Origin: Desulfobacteraceae bacterium
GTDB taxonomy: Bacteria > Desulfobacterota > Desulfobacteria > Desulfobacterales > JACKCP01
Assembly (NCBI GenBank): GCA_050253255.1
Contig: JBFWJK010000002.1
Span: forward strand, 1 to 52,675
DNA length: 52,675 nucleotides
Direction of reading: 5' to 3'
The translations under genes and the position numbers were made by a program. The notes beneath the pieces are model-generated. The model saw only the letters and a program-made list of their open reading frames with translations. It made no database searches and was not told where the DNA came from. This document shows positions 37,031 to 46,373 of the stretch, piece by piece; the first letter of the stretch is position 1; every line of letters starts with the position of its first letter.

Positions 37031-38932
37031 TTAAAGCTTGGGGCATTTATTTGTGCTGATCATTTTTTCTATTTCATCGGCCATCATTGGTTTTCCAAAA
37101 TAATAACCCTGCATACAGTCACATCCCATTTTGTGGAGAAGCTCTCCTACCTCCTTTGTTTCAACACCTTCTGCCGTTGTTTTTTTCTGAAGACTTTTTC
37201 CAAGACTTATGATTGTCTGAACAATTTTTCTGTTTTCAGGGGATCTATCCATATTTCTTACAAAAGAAAGATCAATTTTTATGTTATTGACAGGAAACAT
37301 ATGAAGATAGCTCAAAGAAGAAAAACCGGTGCCAAAATCATCAAGAGCAATTAAAAAACCAAGCTGATTGAGATATTTTAAATTGGAAATAACAAGGCTT
37401 TGATTTACCATTACTGAACTTTCAGTTATTTCAAACTCAATTTTTTCCGGATTAACATCATAATTGGCTATAAGCCTGTTTATTTTTTCGGGGAAATTTT
37501 CATCCTGAAGATCAATAGCTGACAGGTTTACACCAACTGTAAGGTCATAACCTTTTTTATTCCATTTTTCTGCCTGAGCAAGTGATTTCATAAGAATATG
37601 TTCAGTCAGCCTTTTAATTATCCCGGTTTTTTCAGCAATGGGAATAAATTTTCCGGGTGAAATCATACCATGCACAGGATGATCCCATCTTGCAAGTGCC
37701 TCTGCTCCTGTTATTCTTTTTTCTCTGAAGCAGTATCTGGGCTGAAACAACGGAAAAATGTTATCATTATCCATTGCAGACCTGAAGTCCACTTTTATGA
37801 AAATATCTAAGGAATCGATATTGTCATATTTTTCACTGTAAAGGCTTATTCCGTTTTTATCTGATTTTGACTTATGAAGTGCAACATCGGCTTTGCGGAT
37901 AAGATCTGATATATTTTCAGCGTCTTTGGGATAAAGTGAAATTCCCAGGGAAAGATCTATCTGAAACTTCTGTTCACCAAGTATAAAACTTTTTTCACAA
38001 TTAGTCACAATTCTTGAGGCTATTCCAAGGGCGTCATTTTCTGTTTCAATTCCAGGAAGAATAACTGCAAATTCATCGCCGCCGAACCTTCCGACAATAT
38101 CCTGTTCCCTGCAGGACTCCCTTATTCTTGCAGATATTATTCTAAGAGCAAGATCGCCGGTCTGATGACCGAAACTGTCGTTGATTTCCTTGAATCTGTT
38201 AAGATCAACCTTTATAAGAGCAGCAGAGCTGATTGCTCCGTTTTTAAGCATGCTCTTAAGTCTTTCAATTATAAAATTTCTGTTGGGAAGAGAAGTGAGT
38301 GAGTCGTGATATACCTGATGCTTCAGCTGCTTTGTTCTTTCTTTTACTGTTTTTTCAAGCAATAAGTTATTTTTTGTCAAAATTTCATAAAGTTCAATAC
38401 TTTCGAGAAAATTGGAGCAGACAAGAAGAGTGGTAGAAAGAAGAAGAAGAGAAATTTCAGGGATCTTCCCCATCTCATCTCTTGCAAAACTTGCCATAAA
38501 CATTCCTCTGATTCTTGAAGAAGTGGTCATGACATGAAGCAGAAGGTCATTTTGCTGATTAAGAGAATTGACAATAACTGATCTTTTTTCCCTTAAAGCC
38601 CTTGCAAATGTCCAGTCTTCTATCAGCCTTTCAAGCTCCTTCAAAATATAAGATTCATCAGAAAAATCGTTTCTGTAGGCAAGCCTGAAGTCAGAGGTTT
38701 TTTCATCAACCAGAAAAAATGAAACATCTTTAAGCGGAAGAATTTTTCTGATTCTCGATTCTATATCTTTTAAAAAGCTGAGTTTGTCATAATCACCGCT
38801 TTTGAGCCTGTCCTTGAGATTGAAGTCAAAAAGATTAAGGGCCTGCTCAAGCATTTCGACTGAATAGGTGTTTATTTTTTCAAGATATTTTATTCTTTCT
38901 TCCAAAAGCTGTTCTTTTTTTCCGGAAAACAT
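37031..38932 (-). CDS. GGDEF-EAL c-di-GMP turnover protein with an N-terminal GAF-like sensor region
   Basis: Intact GGDEF motif (RFGGDEFAVIL) with an RxxD I-site (REQD) 5 aa upstream. The EAL domain has EALARW, EITES, DDFGTGFSSLSYL, KIDLSFV, EGVE and QGYYFGKP. Confidence 0.9.
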   Translation of the reverse strand: MFSGKKEQLLEERIKYLEKINTYSVEMLEQALNLFDFNLKDRLKSGDYDKLSFLKDIESRIRKILPLKDVSFFLVDEKTSDFRLAYRNDFSDESYILKELERLIEDWTFARALREKRSVIVNSLNQQNDLLLHVMTTSSRIRGMFMASFARDEMGKIPEISLLLLSTTLLVCSNFLESIELYEILTKNNLLLEKTVKERTKQLKHQVYHDSLTSLPNRNFIIERLKSMLKNGAISSAALIKVDLNRFKEINDSFGHQTGDLALRIISARIRESCREQDIVGRFGGDEFAVILPGIETENDALGIASRIVTNCEKSFILGEQKFQIDLSLGISLYPKDAENISDLIRKADVALHKSKSDKNGISLYSEKYDNIDSLDIFIKVDFRSAMDNDNIFPLFQPRYCFREKRITGAEALARWDHPVHGMISPGKFIPIAEKTGIIKRLTEHILMKSLAQAEKWNKKGYDLTVGVNLSAIDLQDENFPEKINRLIANYDVNPEKIEFEITESSVMVNQSLVISNLKYLNQLGFLIALDDFGTGFSSLSYLHMFPVNNIKIDLSFVRNMDRSPENRKIVQTIISLGKSLQKKTTAEGVETKEVGELLHKMGCDCMQGYYFGKPMMADEIEKMISTNKCPKL

Positions 38933-38943
38933 TTTTTAATACC

Positions 38944-40170
38944 TTAACTTAAGAATTCAAGACTGGTCTGCATTTCAATCTGGAGCTGTCTTATTATTAC
39001 AGGAACTGCGTTTGAAGACAGACCAAGAATCTCCCATGAATATTCGTCAAGAGGGAGAACAAGCTTTTCACCTGAACAGCCGATTTCAACTGCATTGACA
39101 ATTACTTCTGCAAGATGGACAACAGAACACTGCAGCGGGAACCTGGAATTTTGAGGATTATGGTGATTCTTTGAAATATCTGTTACAAGATCAGGCATCT
39201 GCCATTTAAGACAAATTTTTTCTCCTGCTTCACAATGTGTGAAACCAAGATATTTTTCTTCAGCCTCAAAAAGAAAGAGATCCTTTTCCCAGGCTTCCTT
39301 AATTATCAGAGCTGTTTTCAAGGGTATTCTTTTAAGCATGATAAGCTTCCCTATATCATGCATAATACCTGCAACAAAAATCTGATTATAATCCTGGCAG
39401 TCTGTCTGTCTTGCAATAATTTTTGAGCAAAGCCCAACTGCCAGTGAATGAGTCCAGATTTTTTTCATATCAATATATTCAGAAGGTACATCCTTAAAAA
39501 TTTTGATCACAGAAAGTCCCATTGCAAGAAGACAAAGCTGCCTTGTTCCAAGGATTACAACAGCATTGTAAATTGTATCAATCTTTTTTGGAAATCCGTA
39601 AAAAGAGCTGTTGACAAGCCTTAAAGTCCCTGCACAAAGAGAAGAATCTTTTTCAACAATTTTTGCTATATCAGAAGCATTTCTTCTCGGATTTTCAATA
39701 GCTTCCATAAGTCTTGAAAAAACATCAGGAAGAACAGGGAGTTTTTCCTCATTTTCAATAAGATCCTCCAGTGTTAATATATCACTGAAACCTGTAATCA
39801 GGTCATAATCTTCATTTACCGAAAAATTTGGCATAAAGCCTTCAGGAGAAGAAAGGTTCATCTGCCTTCCATAGGGAAGAGTGAGCTTGAAAAGTTCTTT
39901 TATGCATGGATTTTTGACATTGGATCTAAAAAAACGGGCATTCGCTTTTTCAACTATATCCGAGAGCCTTAAATTCTGAGCATTTTTTTTTAAGCTGATT
40001 CTTTCTTCAAAAGCTACATCAACCTCATAGACACCCCACATCTTAAGAATGCGCAAATGATGTTTTTCGATTACAGAACCTCTGTTTAAAAGAACCCTGC
40101 CGTTTCTGTCTTCGATATCATCTTTTACAACCATTCCCGGAACAAGTTCAGATGTTGATATCTTTGTCAT
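38944..40170 (-). CDS. DUF3391-like N-terminal domain + HDOD domain protein
   Basis: The N-terminus ELVPGMVVKDDIEDRNGRVLLNRGSVIEKHHLRILKMWGVYEVDV resembles the N-terminal module of HD-GYP proteins. The HDOD core has LPVLPDVFSRLMEAI and GIMHDIGKLIM. Lies 11 nt upstream of the GGDEF-EAL gene. Confidence 0.8.
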   Translation of the reverse strand: MTKISTSELVPGMVVKDDIEDRNGRVLLNRGSVIEKHHLRILKMWGVYEVDVAFEERISLKKNAQNLRLSDIVEKANARFFRSNVKNPCIKELFKLTLPYGRQMNLSSPEGFMPNFSVNEDYDLITGFSDILTLEDLIENEEKLPVLPDVFSRLMEAIENPRRNASDIAKIVEKDSSLCAGTLRLVNSSFYGFPKKIDTIYNAVVILGTRQLCLLAMGLSVIKIFKDVPSEYIDMKKIWTHSLAVGLCSKIIARQTDCQDYNQIFVAGIMHDIGKLIMLKRIPLKTALIIKEAWEKDLFLFEAEEKYLGFTHCEAGEKICLKWQMPDLVTDISKNHHNPQNSRFPLQCSVVHLAEVIVNAVEIGCSGEKLVLPLDEYSWEILGLSSNAVPVIIRQLQIEMQTSLEFLS

Positions 40171-40681
40171 AAATATCCCTGTTAAAATTTTAGAACCATT
40201 TAAACTGCTGGCAAAAACTAAAAACCAGAGTCAGATTATATTAACCAGTTACCGGCAATATGTCAAAATAAGTTTTTAACTATAAACAATGATATTTATA
40301 AAAAACATTAAATAATTTTTAAGAACATGATTTATATAAATTCTTTGGTTTCTCTGATTTTAACTTATTATTAATTAAGGAAAATATAAACATATCTTCT
40401 TGAAAACCGAGCTGAGCTGAGTCTTATAAAAAAAAATACTCTTTAACATACTAAAAACTTTTAAAATTTATTTACTTTAAGAGAAAAAATAATTATATTA
40501 TTTTTTAAGTTTCCACATTTTTTACAGCACTAAAATAATTTTGATTTTTAAATATTTTGTTTATAAATCAATTTTATATTCACTAGCAAGCTTTTCAGCG
40601 AAGGAGGTGTGTATATTCAATTAATACAAGTACTAAAGTTCTTTTTTTTAAAATTTACTGTATCTAAAAACGGAGGTAATT

Positions 40682-41530
40682 ATGAAACAAATCAAACTAT
40701 TTCTTTTTGTATTTTTATTATGCTTTATGTTTTCACTAAACGCAGGCGCTGTCACTGTTACACCATTTGACAATTCCGATAACATGGCTCAGGCACTTTT
40801 AGGCACAGGTATTACAATTACAGGGACATCATATACAGGAGCAACCGGAGCATCCGGGTATTTTTCAGACGGTTTTTCATCAGGACTTCAGATTGACAAA
40901 GGAATACTTCTGACTTCGGGATTTGCTTCAAATGCCAACGGTAATTCCAATACAAGCGACGGCATAACAGGAGACAACGGTCTTCCAGGCAGCACTCTTC
41001 TCAACACCCTAATTCCTGGATATACAACTTATGATGCAACAATACTTTCCATAGATTTTCAAAGTGCGGGTGAAAATGCATATTTCAACTATGTCTTTGC
41101 ATCAGATGAGTACAATGAATATGTAAACAGCTCATATAACGATGTATTCGGTTTTTTCATGAATGATATAAACTATGCTCTTATTCCCGGAACTGATACT
41201 CCGGTTTCAATTAACAATGTTAACAACTTCAGCAACTCTTCATATTATTTCGACAATGACAACAACGACAACCCCGGAGCTTTCAACTTTGAATACGACG
41301 GATTTACATCAATGTTCACTGTATCCATAAACGGTCTTACTCCCGGTGAAACCTACAATCTGAAGCTTGCAATTGCCGATGCCGGAGACAATGTTCTTGA
41401 TTCAGGTGTATTCATTCAGGGAGGTTCTTTTTCAAACACTACTGATCCGGTTCCCGAACCTTCAACATTTATTCTTTTTGGACTTGGAATATTAGGGTTT
41501 TGTTCAATGATCAGAAAAAGACAAAACTAA
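40682..41530 (+). CDS. Choice-of-anchor-L domain protein with PEP-CTERM sorting signal
   Basis: Signal peptide. Domain segments GILLTSG, FNYVFASDEYNEYVNSSYNDVFGFF, EYDGFT and LAIADAGDNVLDSGVFIQGGSF. The C-terminus is PVPEPSTFILFGLGILGFCSMIRKRQN. Confidence 0.75.
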   Translation: MKQIKLFLFVFLLCFMFSLNAGAVTVTPFDNSDNMAQALLGTGITITGTSYTGATGASGYFSDGFSSGLQIDKGILLTSGFASNANGNSNTSDGITGDNGLPGSTLLNTLIPGYTTYDATILSIDFQSAGENAYFNYVFASDEYNEYVNSSYNDVFGFFMNDINYALIPGTDTPVSINNVNNFSNSSYYFDNDNNDNPGAFNFEYDGFTSMFTVSINGLTPGETYNLKLAIADAGDNVLDSGVFIQGGSFSNTTDPVPEPSTFILFGLGILGFCSMIRKRQN

Positions 41531-41562
41531 AAAACAGGTCAAAAAAGTTTTCTTTGATTAAA

Positions 41563-41599
41563 AAAACCGGGTTTGATTTTTAACCCGGTTTTTCTTTTC
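41563..41599 (+). terminator. Rho-independent terminator between the convergent PEP-CTERM and pilY1 genes
   Basis: 11-bp stem AAAACCGGGTT / AACCCGGTTTT (41563-41573 / 41582-41592) followed by TCTTTTC. An A-run upstream could allow bidirectional use. Confidence 0.6.
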
Positions 41600-41604
41600 A
41601 AAAA

Positions 41605-44600
41605 TCACCATTGTTTCCAGTAAAGCATTTTACCAGCAATTGTTGTTTTTGGAGGCATAGTCGGAAGACCTCCGGACGGCGGTGCAACACCGACTGCAAA
41701 GTCTGTTGCTCCGTTATTGAATTCGTCTTCTCCATAGTCCTGGATATCTCCTCTTGAAAGCTGGATGAGATATTTGAATTTCAAGTCAGAATCTATGTCA
41801 AATTTATCTACATCAGGACAGATATCAGCAAAAATGCCCTGACCGGTTGCACAGTTCAAGGCCCAGGATCTTGACTGGCCTCCGCACTCGCAGATCACGT
41901 TTGTTGGCATTGAAGTATTGAAAAAAACAATATTGCTGTCTGTTGCTGCAGGATCTGAATAACATCTTTCTCTCAAATAAGGACCTTCATTAGCTTTAAG
42001 AGGCACTTTCCATGCTGCGAGATCAGGTTTGGTATTCACATTCAGGAGATCATCGCAGGTGAGGTCTGTTGCATTGCTTATTTTATTTATTGTTCCTACC
42101 TTGCAGGTGTTTGCCGCATCGCATGAAAACGGAACACCGTAAAGGTAATTTACGTCATTTGAATTACTCTGGGTATCGTCGTCAGGAACAAAGTACCGTC
42201 CTGTCCCAAAGTAAAGATACGGATAGTTTGCGAAATCAGAAAAACATCTTGATAACACTACAGGGCCTGTAACAGGATTTCCTATTGAACCTGTAAGAAA
42301 GGAAGTATCGTAATTCCAGGCTGCAGGGTCTGAAGAACCTGTGTAGATTTTTATTACTCCCCCTCCCATGAGTTCGTACTCTTTCAGCGAATTATCGGTA
42401 TAACCGAGAAAAACGAAATCTGTCTGGCCATCATCATTCACATCAAAGCCGTCTGTGAAAAGTCTTCCGCCAAAAGCATTTTTGATATTGAATTCATTAG
42501 TATCATCACCGGTTATATTAAGTTCTGAGCCGGTTAAAAGGTCAACTGTAAAGACCTTGAGATTTTGAACAGAGGTTCCGTCATAACCTGTCGGCCCGGA
42601 GGCAAACATCACAAAATGTTTGTAGTTTCCGTCAGCATCTTTTCTTTTTACATACGCCGGACCTGAATATGAGAAACCAAGTCCGTCAGGAGCATATCTC
42701 CAAAGATATTTCGGATTCTTGGGATCTGAAATATCAAGGGCAAAATATGCTGAACGTCCTACCGGAGCAGTATCAAGCGGAGGGTTTACGCTGCCGTTGC
42801 TGTTCCCTCCGCCAAATCTCATTCCCCCTATAAGTATGGTCTGGGAACCTGTATTGATAATATATGGCTTCATATCCACTGTATAAAGGTGGTCATATTC
42901 AGGCGATGCCATAAATCTCAGGTAAGGCATAGCGTCCTTTGGAACAAAAGCCCACTCTTCTATTCCGATCTTATCCTGAGTGCAGTTTACTGAGTTATCA
43001 TCGCAAATCTGTGTAGGACTGATTTTCACACCTGTATTTCTCAGATATCCAAGCCTGAAGGCGTGAAGCATACCTGAGTTGCTGCCTACATATATTACTG
43101 AATAATTATCATAACTTACAATAGTTGGGGAGGAGTAGGTTATGTCACCTAACTTCCAAACATTTTCAGAAAGAGAACTGTCAGTTGCTCTTGTCCGGCA
43201 GCCGTCATAATCGCGCCCTCTTGTGTAGCTGATAAGTTTTTTAAAATCGGGAGCCCCTGAAGCATCAAGAAGGCACGGATTATAATCAGCAGTTCCAAGA
43301 CTTGATTTAAACAAATCACTGTTGTCTGCCTTAAATTCTTTCAGATTGTCATCTTTATCCACCCCATAAATCTTTCTGTCCTCAGGCTTTGTGTTTTTTA
43401 GATTTTCTCCGCAGTCAAAAAGATTTTTTACATCCTGAAGAGAAGAATAAACCATGTCAGGATCTGAATCTAACTCTGTTCCGTATTCATTTGAATCATA
43501 TGCATTGATTTTCAAAGAATCATTTTTGACCAGATAATCAAGTATTCTGTCTTCCTCTATATCAAGAATATAGTTTTCATTTGTATCTTCTCTTATATTC
43601 TGGACCAGTTCAAATGCACTGGAAGCATTCTTTATGTAATCATTAAGATACCAGTTTGATACAAGATCGCTTGTCCATTGAACTTTTTTTTCGTTCTCAA
43701 ATTCCTTTTCAGGATAAAACGCAGCCTGAGCAATTGCAGAACCGCTGGATATTCTTGATGTAAGAGCTGTAACAGCTGTTCCCGAAGAAGTACCCTGCCG
43801 GATTTCTTCAAATATCGATGTCAGGGCTTTTGCCATGGCCTCTCCGTCATCAGCTTTAAAAAAACTGTCAGGAACTCCGTCTTTGTCTTTATCCCATTCC
43901 TTACAGCAGTCATCATAATCTACGCCCGGGTTACACTTAGTTCTTGGGAAGCTTACATCAAGACTGTTATCAGTTTCTTTAAATTCATAGGGAGTATTTG
44001 AAGAACATGATTCAAGATTATTATATTTTCCAAAAGCTGCAACTGTTTTCATAGAATTTTCGCCAGTCTGAGAATCAGAAAATGCAAAAAGAGAATAAAC
44101 ATCTGCGTTCTGAGTACCCGCTAACTTTTCAACTCCTGAAGCATCAACTTCTGATCTTAAATCTAATGAATGAAGCTTATGCGCCCACGTATCAGGGTCC
44201 TGGCTCCCTCCATATTCACCGTCAGAAATTAAAACAACATAAGTTTTTCTGCACCATGCAGGCTCCATGATACCATCATTGTTTTTTTGATAGTATGGAT
44301 CATATGACGTACCAATACCAACGAATCCGCTGTTATAACTGCTGATCAGTGAAGAATCCTGGGTAAGATAGTAATATGCTTCTTTAAGAGCCTCACCCGT
44401 ATGAGTACCGTTGTAGGCAAGAGTATCTTCAAAAGCCGATATCAATTTTGACTCATCATTCTGATGAAGACCATACTTGATTAACCCTTCCTTTGCACTG
44501 CTGTTACCTGAATTTGCATATGCAATAAAACCGAATCTTACCTTGTCGAAATTCTCCTGTATTATTCCTTTCCTTTGATCTTTATCAATTTTAACATTGG

Positions 44601-45270
44601 CATATCTTTCAAATATTTTTTGCTGATTAGACTCACCATAATTTTTATAAAGCGTTATTATCATATCATTGAAGTAAGCATTTCCTTTGTCATAATTTAC
44701 CGGCCGTATATAAAAACCGTAATCTGTCCCTGAAAGAGTTACTGATCTTTTTGCTCCTTTTGGTTTTAAAATGCAGTAATTCTGACCTTCAGGACATTCT
44801 GCATAACCGCCGAAAAGACTTTTAAAAGAGACATCCACTCTTGACATCAGAATAAAGTTTAAAAAATTCCCGGAAAGACTGTCTTTTGAACCAATTTCTC
44901 TATCGGTATATGATGTGTTTTCGTCAATTTCCCAGTATCCCAGAGAATTATATTTGTAATATTTCTCTGTATCAAAATAGCCGAAATATATTTTACTTTT
45001 ATCATAAGACACATTGATATTATTACTGAAGTTTCCGTAATTGGCCACATCGTAACTATATCCATGCCACACAGTTCCATAATTAGCCGGCCCCTGCATA
45101 CTTCCGGAATAGTCCATGACAAACAAAACATTGGCCTTGGCATCGGCACTGATAAAGGGTGGAAGAGCTGCATAATCAGAATTGGATGCCGACATGGAAA
45201 CACCAGGGATACTAAAAAGGAAAAACACAAGAAAAATAACTGTATTTTTGGAAAAACTAATAGACATCAT
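41605..45270 (-). CDS. pilY1: PilY1/PilC-family type IV pilus tip protein (N-terminal VWA, C-terminal beta-propeller)
   Basis: 1221 aa. Signal peptide, LPPFIS...NVLFVMDYSGSM (MIDAS), GNFLNFILMSRVDV, VVLISDGEYGG, the propeller signature YVGSNSGMLHAF, and a DVNDDGQTD loop. Confidence 0.85.
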   Translation of the reverse strand: MMSISFSKNTVIFLVFFLFSIPGVSMSASNSDYAALPPFISADAKANVLFVMDYSGSMQGPANYGTVWHGYSYDVANYGNFSNNINVSYDKSKIYFGYFDTEKYYKYNSLGYWEIDENTSYTDREIGSKDSLSGNFLNFILMSRVDVSFKSLFGGYAECPEGQNYCILKPKGAKRSVTLSGTDYGFYIRPVNYDKGNAYFNDMIITLYKNYGESNQQKIFERYANVKIDKDQRKGIIQENFDKVRFGFIAYANSGNSSAKEGLIKYGLHQNDESKLISAFEDTLAYNGTHTGEALKEAYYYLTQDSSLISSYNSGFVGIGTSYDPYYQKNNDGIMEPAWCRKTYVVLISDGEYGGSQDPDTWAHKLHSLDLRSEVDASGVEKLAGTQNADVYSLFAFSDSQTGENSMKTVAAFGKYNNLESCSSNTPYEFKETDNSLDVSFPRTKCNPGVDYDDCCKEWDKDKDGVPDSFFKADDGEAMAKALTSIFEEIRQGTSSGTAVTALTSRISSGSAIAQAAFYPEKEFENEKKVQWTSDLVSNWYLNDYIKNASSAFELVQNIREDTNENYILDIEEDRILDYLVKNDSLKINAYDSNEYGTELDSDPDMVYSSLQDVKNLFDCGENLKNTKPEDRKIYGVDKDDNLKEFKADNSDLFKSSLGTADYNPCLLDASGAPDFKKLISYTRGRDYDGCRTRATDSSLSENVWKLGDITYSSPTIVSYDNYSVIYVGSNSGMLHAFRLGYLRNTGVKISPTQICDDNSVNCTQDKIGIEEWAFVPKDAMPYLRFMASPEYDHLYTVDMKPYIINTGSQTILIGGMRFGGGNSNGSVNPPLDTAPVGRSAYFALDISDPKNPKYLWRYAPDGLGFSYSGPAYVKRKDADGNYKHFVMFASGPTGYDGTSVQNLKVFTVDLLTGSELNITGDDTNEFNIKNAFGGRLFTDGFDVNDDGQTDFVFLGYTDNSLKEYELMGGGVIKIYTGSSDPAAWNYDTSFLTGSIGNPVTGPVVLSRCFSDFANYPYLYFGTGRYFVPDDDTQSNSNDVNYLYGVPFSCDAANTCKVGTINKISNATDLTCDDLLNVNTKPDLAAWKVPLKANEGPYLRERCYSDPAATDSNIVFFNTSMPTNVICECGGQSRSWALNCATGQGIFADICPDVDKFDIDSDLKFKYLIQLSRGDIQDYGEDEFNNGATDFAVGVAPPSGGLPTMPPKTTIAGKMLYWKQW

Positions 45271-45607
45271 CGCTTTTTACCTTTTCTGAGTAAATTAGAA
45301 CAACATTGTCTTCTTTGGACAATACATGAACAAAATCATATTTTTGAATAATTTTAAAATTTTCTTCAGCATCTATGGTTCTGATTCTTTTGTATTTAAC
45401 CGGCTTGTGCCTGTAGAATAAAATCTGATTTTTGTTTTTTTCTATGTACTGAACCGGCCCGGCAATCATTTTGTAACCCTGGTCTTCAAGTTTTTTTGCA
45501 ATAGCATTTAAGGGAGATTTACTTTCAGCCGGAACTGAACCTTCTTCAGAAAATAATCCGTCCTGAAAACAAAAAACAAAAAATACAACCAGTAAAATAT
45601 GCTTCAT
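45257..45607 (-). CDS. Small secreted protein, unknown function
   Basis: 116 aa with a signal peptide (MKHILLVVFFVFCFQDG). Its 3' end overlaps the pilY1 start by 14 nt. Confidence 0.5.
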   Translation of the reverse strand: MKHILLVVFFVFCFQDGLFSEEGSVPAESKSPLNAIAKKLEDQGYKMIAGPVQYIEKNKNQILFYRHKPVKYKRIRTIDAEENFKIIQKYDFVHVLSKEDNVVLIYSEKVKSDDVY

Positions 45608-45636
45608 ACTGCCCCCGTTTTTTAACCTTATTAAAA

Positions 45637-46356
45637 TTAATTCTGTCTTAAAAAAAAGAAAATATCTTCGGGCATCCCAACACTGACAATACCCTCAGGA
45701 TTTATAGCAAATGGGAATTTATTGATGGAAAGAGCTTTGGCTACCAGCCTGTTATAATCAATTGAATCATAAGTAAATTCTTCTTTTAAATTCTGATTTG
45801 CGTTTCCGCAGGAATCGCTGATAAAGCACTCAAGAGCCTTTTTTTTATCATTTTGAGCTATTTCAAAAATTTCCCTCGTTTTCTGAATACTTTTCTCAGA
45901 AGATATCGGTACTATTATAAAATAAACTTTAAATTCATCATTTATCTCAGAAAGCTCAATAATTTCCTTTGCAAGCTTATGACAGTAAAAGCACCCTGGC
46001 TCAGCAAATACGTATGCTTTTTTCTCACCAGACCCTATCCCCAGACTGAACATTTTTTCAGGTTTTATACCAAGAAAGTTAAAGTCAACTCTGTTTTTAA
46101 AATACTTCATTTCCTGAACTGAAGAAATTTTTCTCCCGTTCCAGACATCAAAGAATTCTCCCTGAAAAACATATCTGCCGTCCTCAGATATCAGATAATT
46201 AATGCCGGATTTGGTTTTTACCAGATTGAGATTTTCAAGAGGTAATCTGTTTTTCTGAATAATATTTTCCGGAGGAATAAAATCTGCAGAACAAAAGGAA
46301 GAAAAAAAAACTACAAAAAAATATGAAAGTATAAAATACTTCAGGAAATAATTCAT
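45637..46356 (-). CDS. DsbC/DsbG-like periplasmic thiol:disulfide isomerase
   Basis: Signal peptide, DsbC-like N-terminal dimerisation segment (INYLISEDGRYVFQGEFFDV), and a thioredoxin fold with the CxxC motif PGCFYCHKL. Confidence 0.7.
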   Translation of the reverse strand: MNYFLKYFILSYFFVVFFSSFCSADFIPPENIIQKNRLPLENLNLVKTKSGINYLISEDGRYVFQGEFFDVWNGRKISSVQEMKYFKNRVDFNFLGIKPEKMFSLGIGSGEKKAYVFAEPGCFYCHKLAKEIIELSEINDEFKVYFIIVPISSEKSIQKTREIFEIAQNDKKKALECFISDSCGNANQNLKEEFTYDSIDYNRLVAKALSINKFPFAINPEGIVSVGMPEDIFFFLRQN

Positions 46357-46373
46357 TTTAAAAAACCTTATAT

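Noticed and set aside
40171-40681. c-di-GMP riboswitch (GEMM-type) in the long leader of the PEP-CTERM gene.
   Set aside because: The region is almost entirely A/T, and I could not see the paired GC-rich helices or conserved GEMM segments. A covariance-model scan would be needed to exclude it formally.
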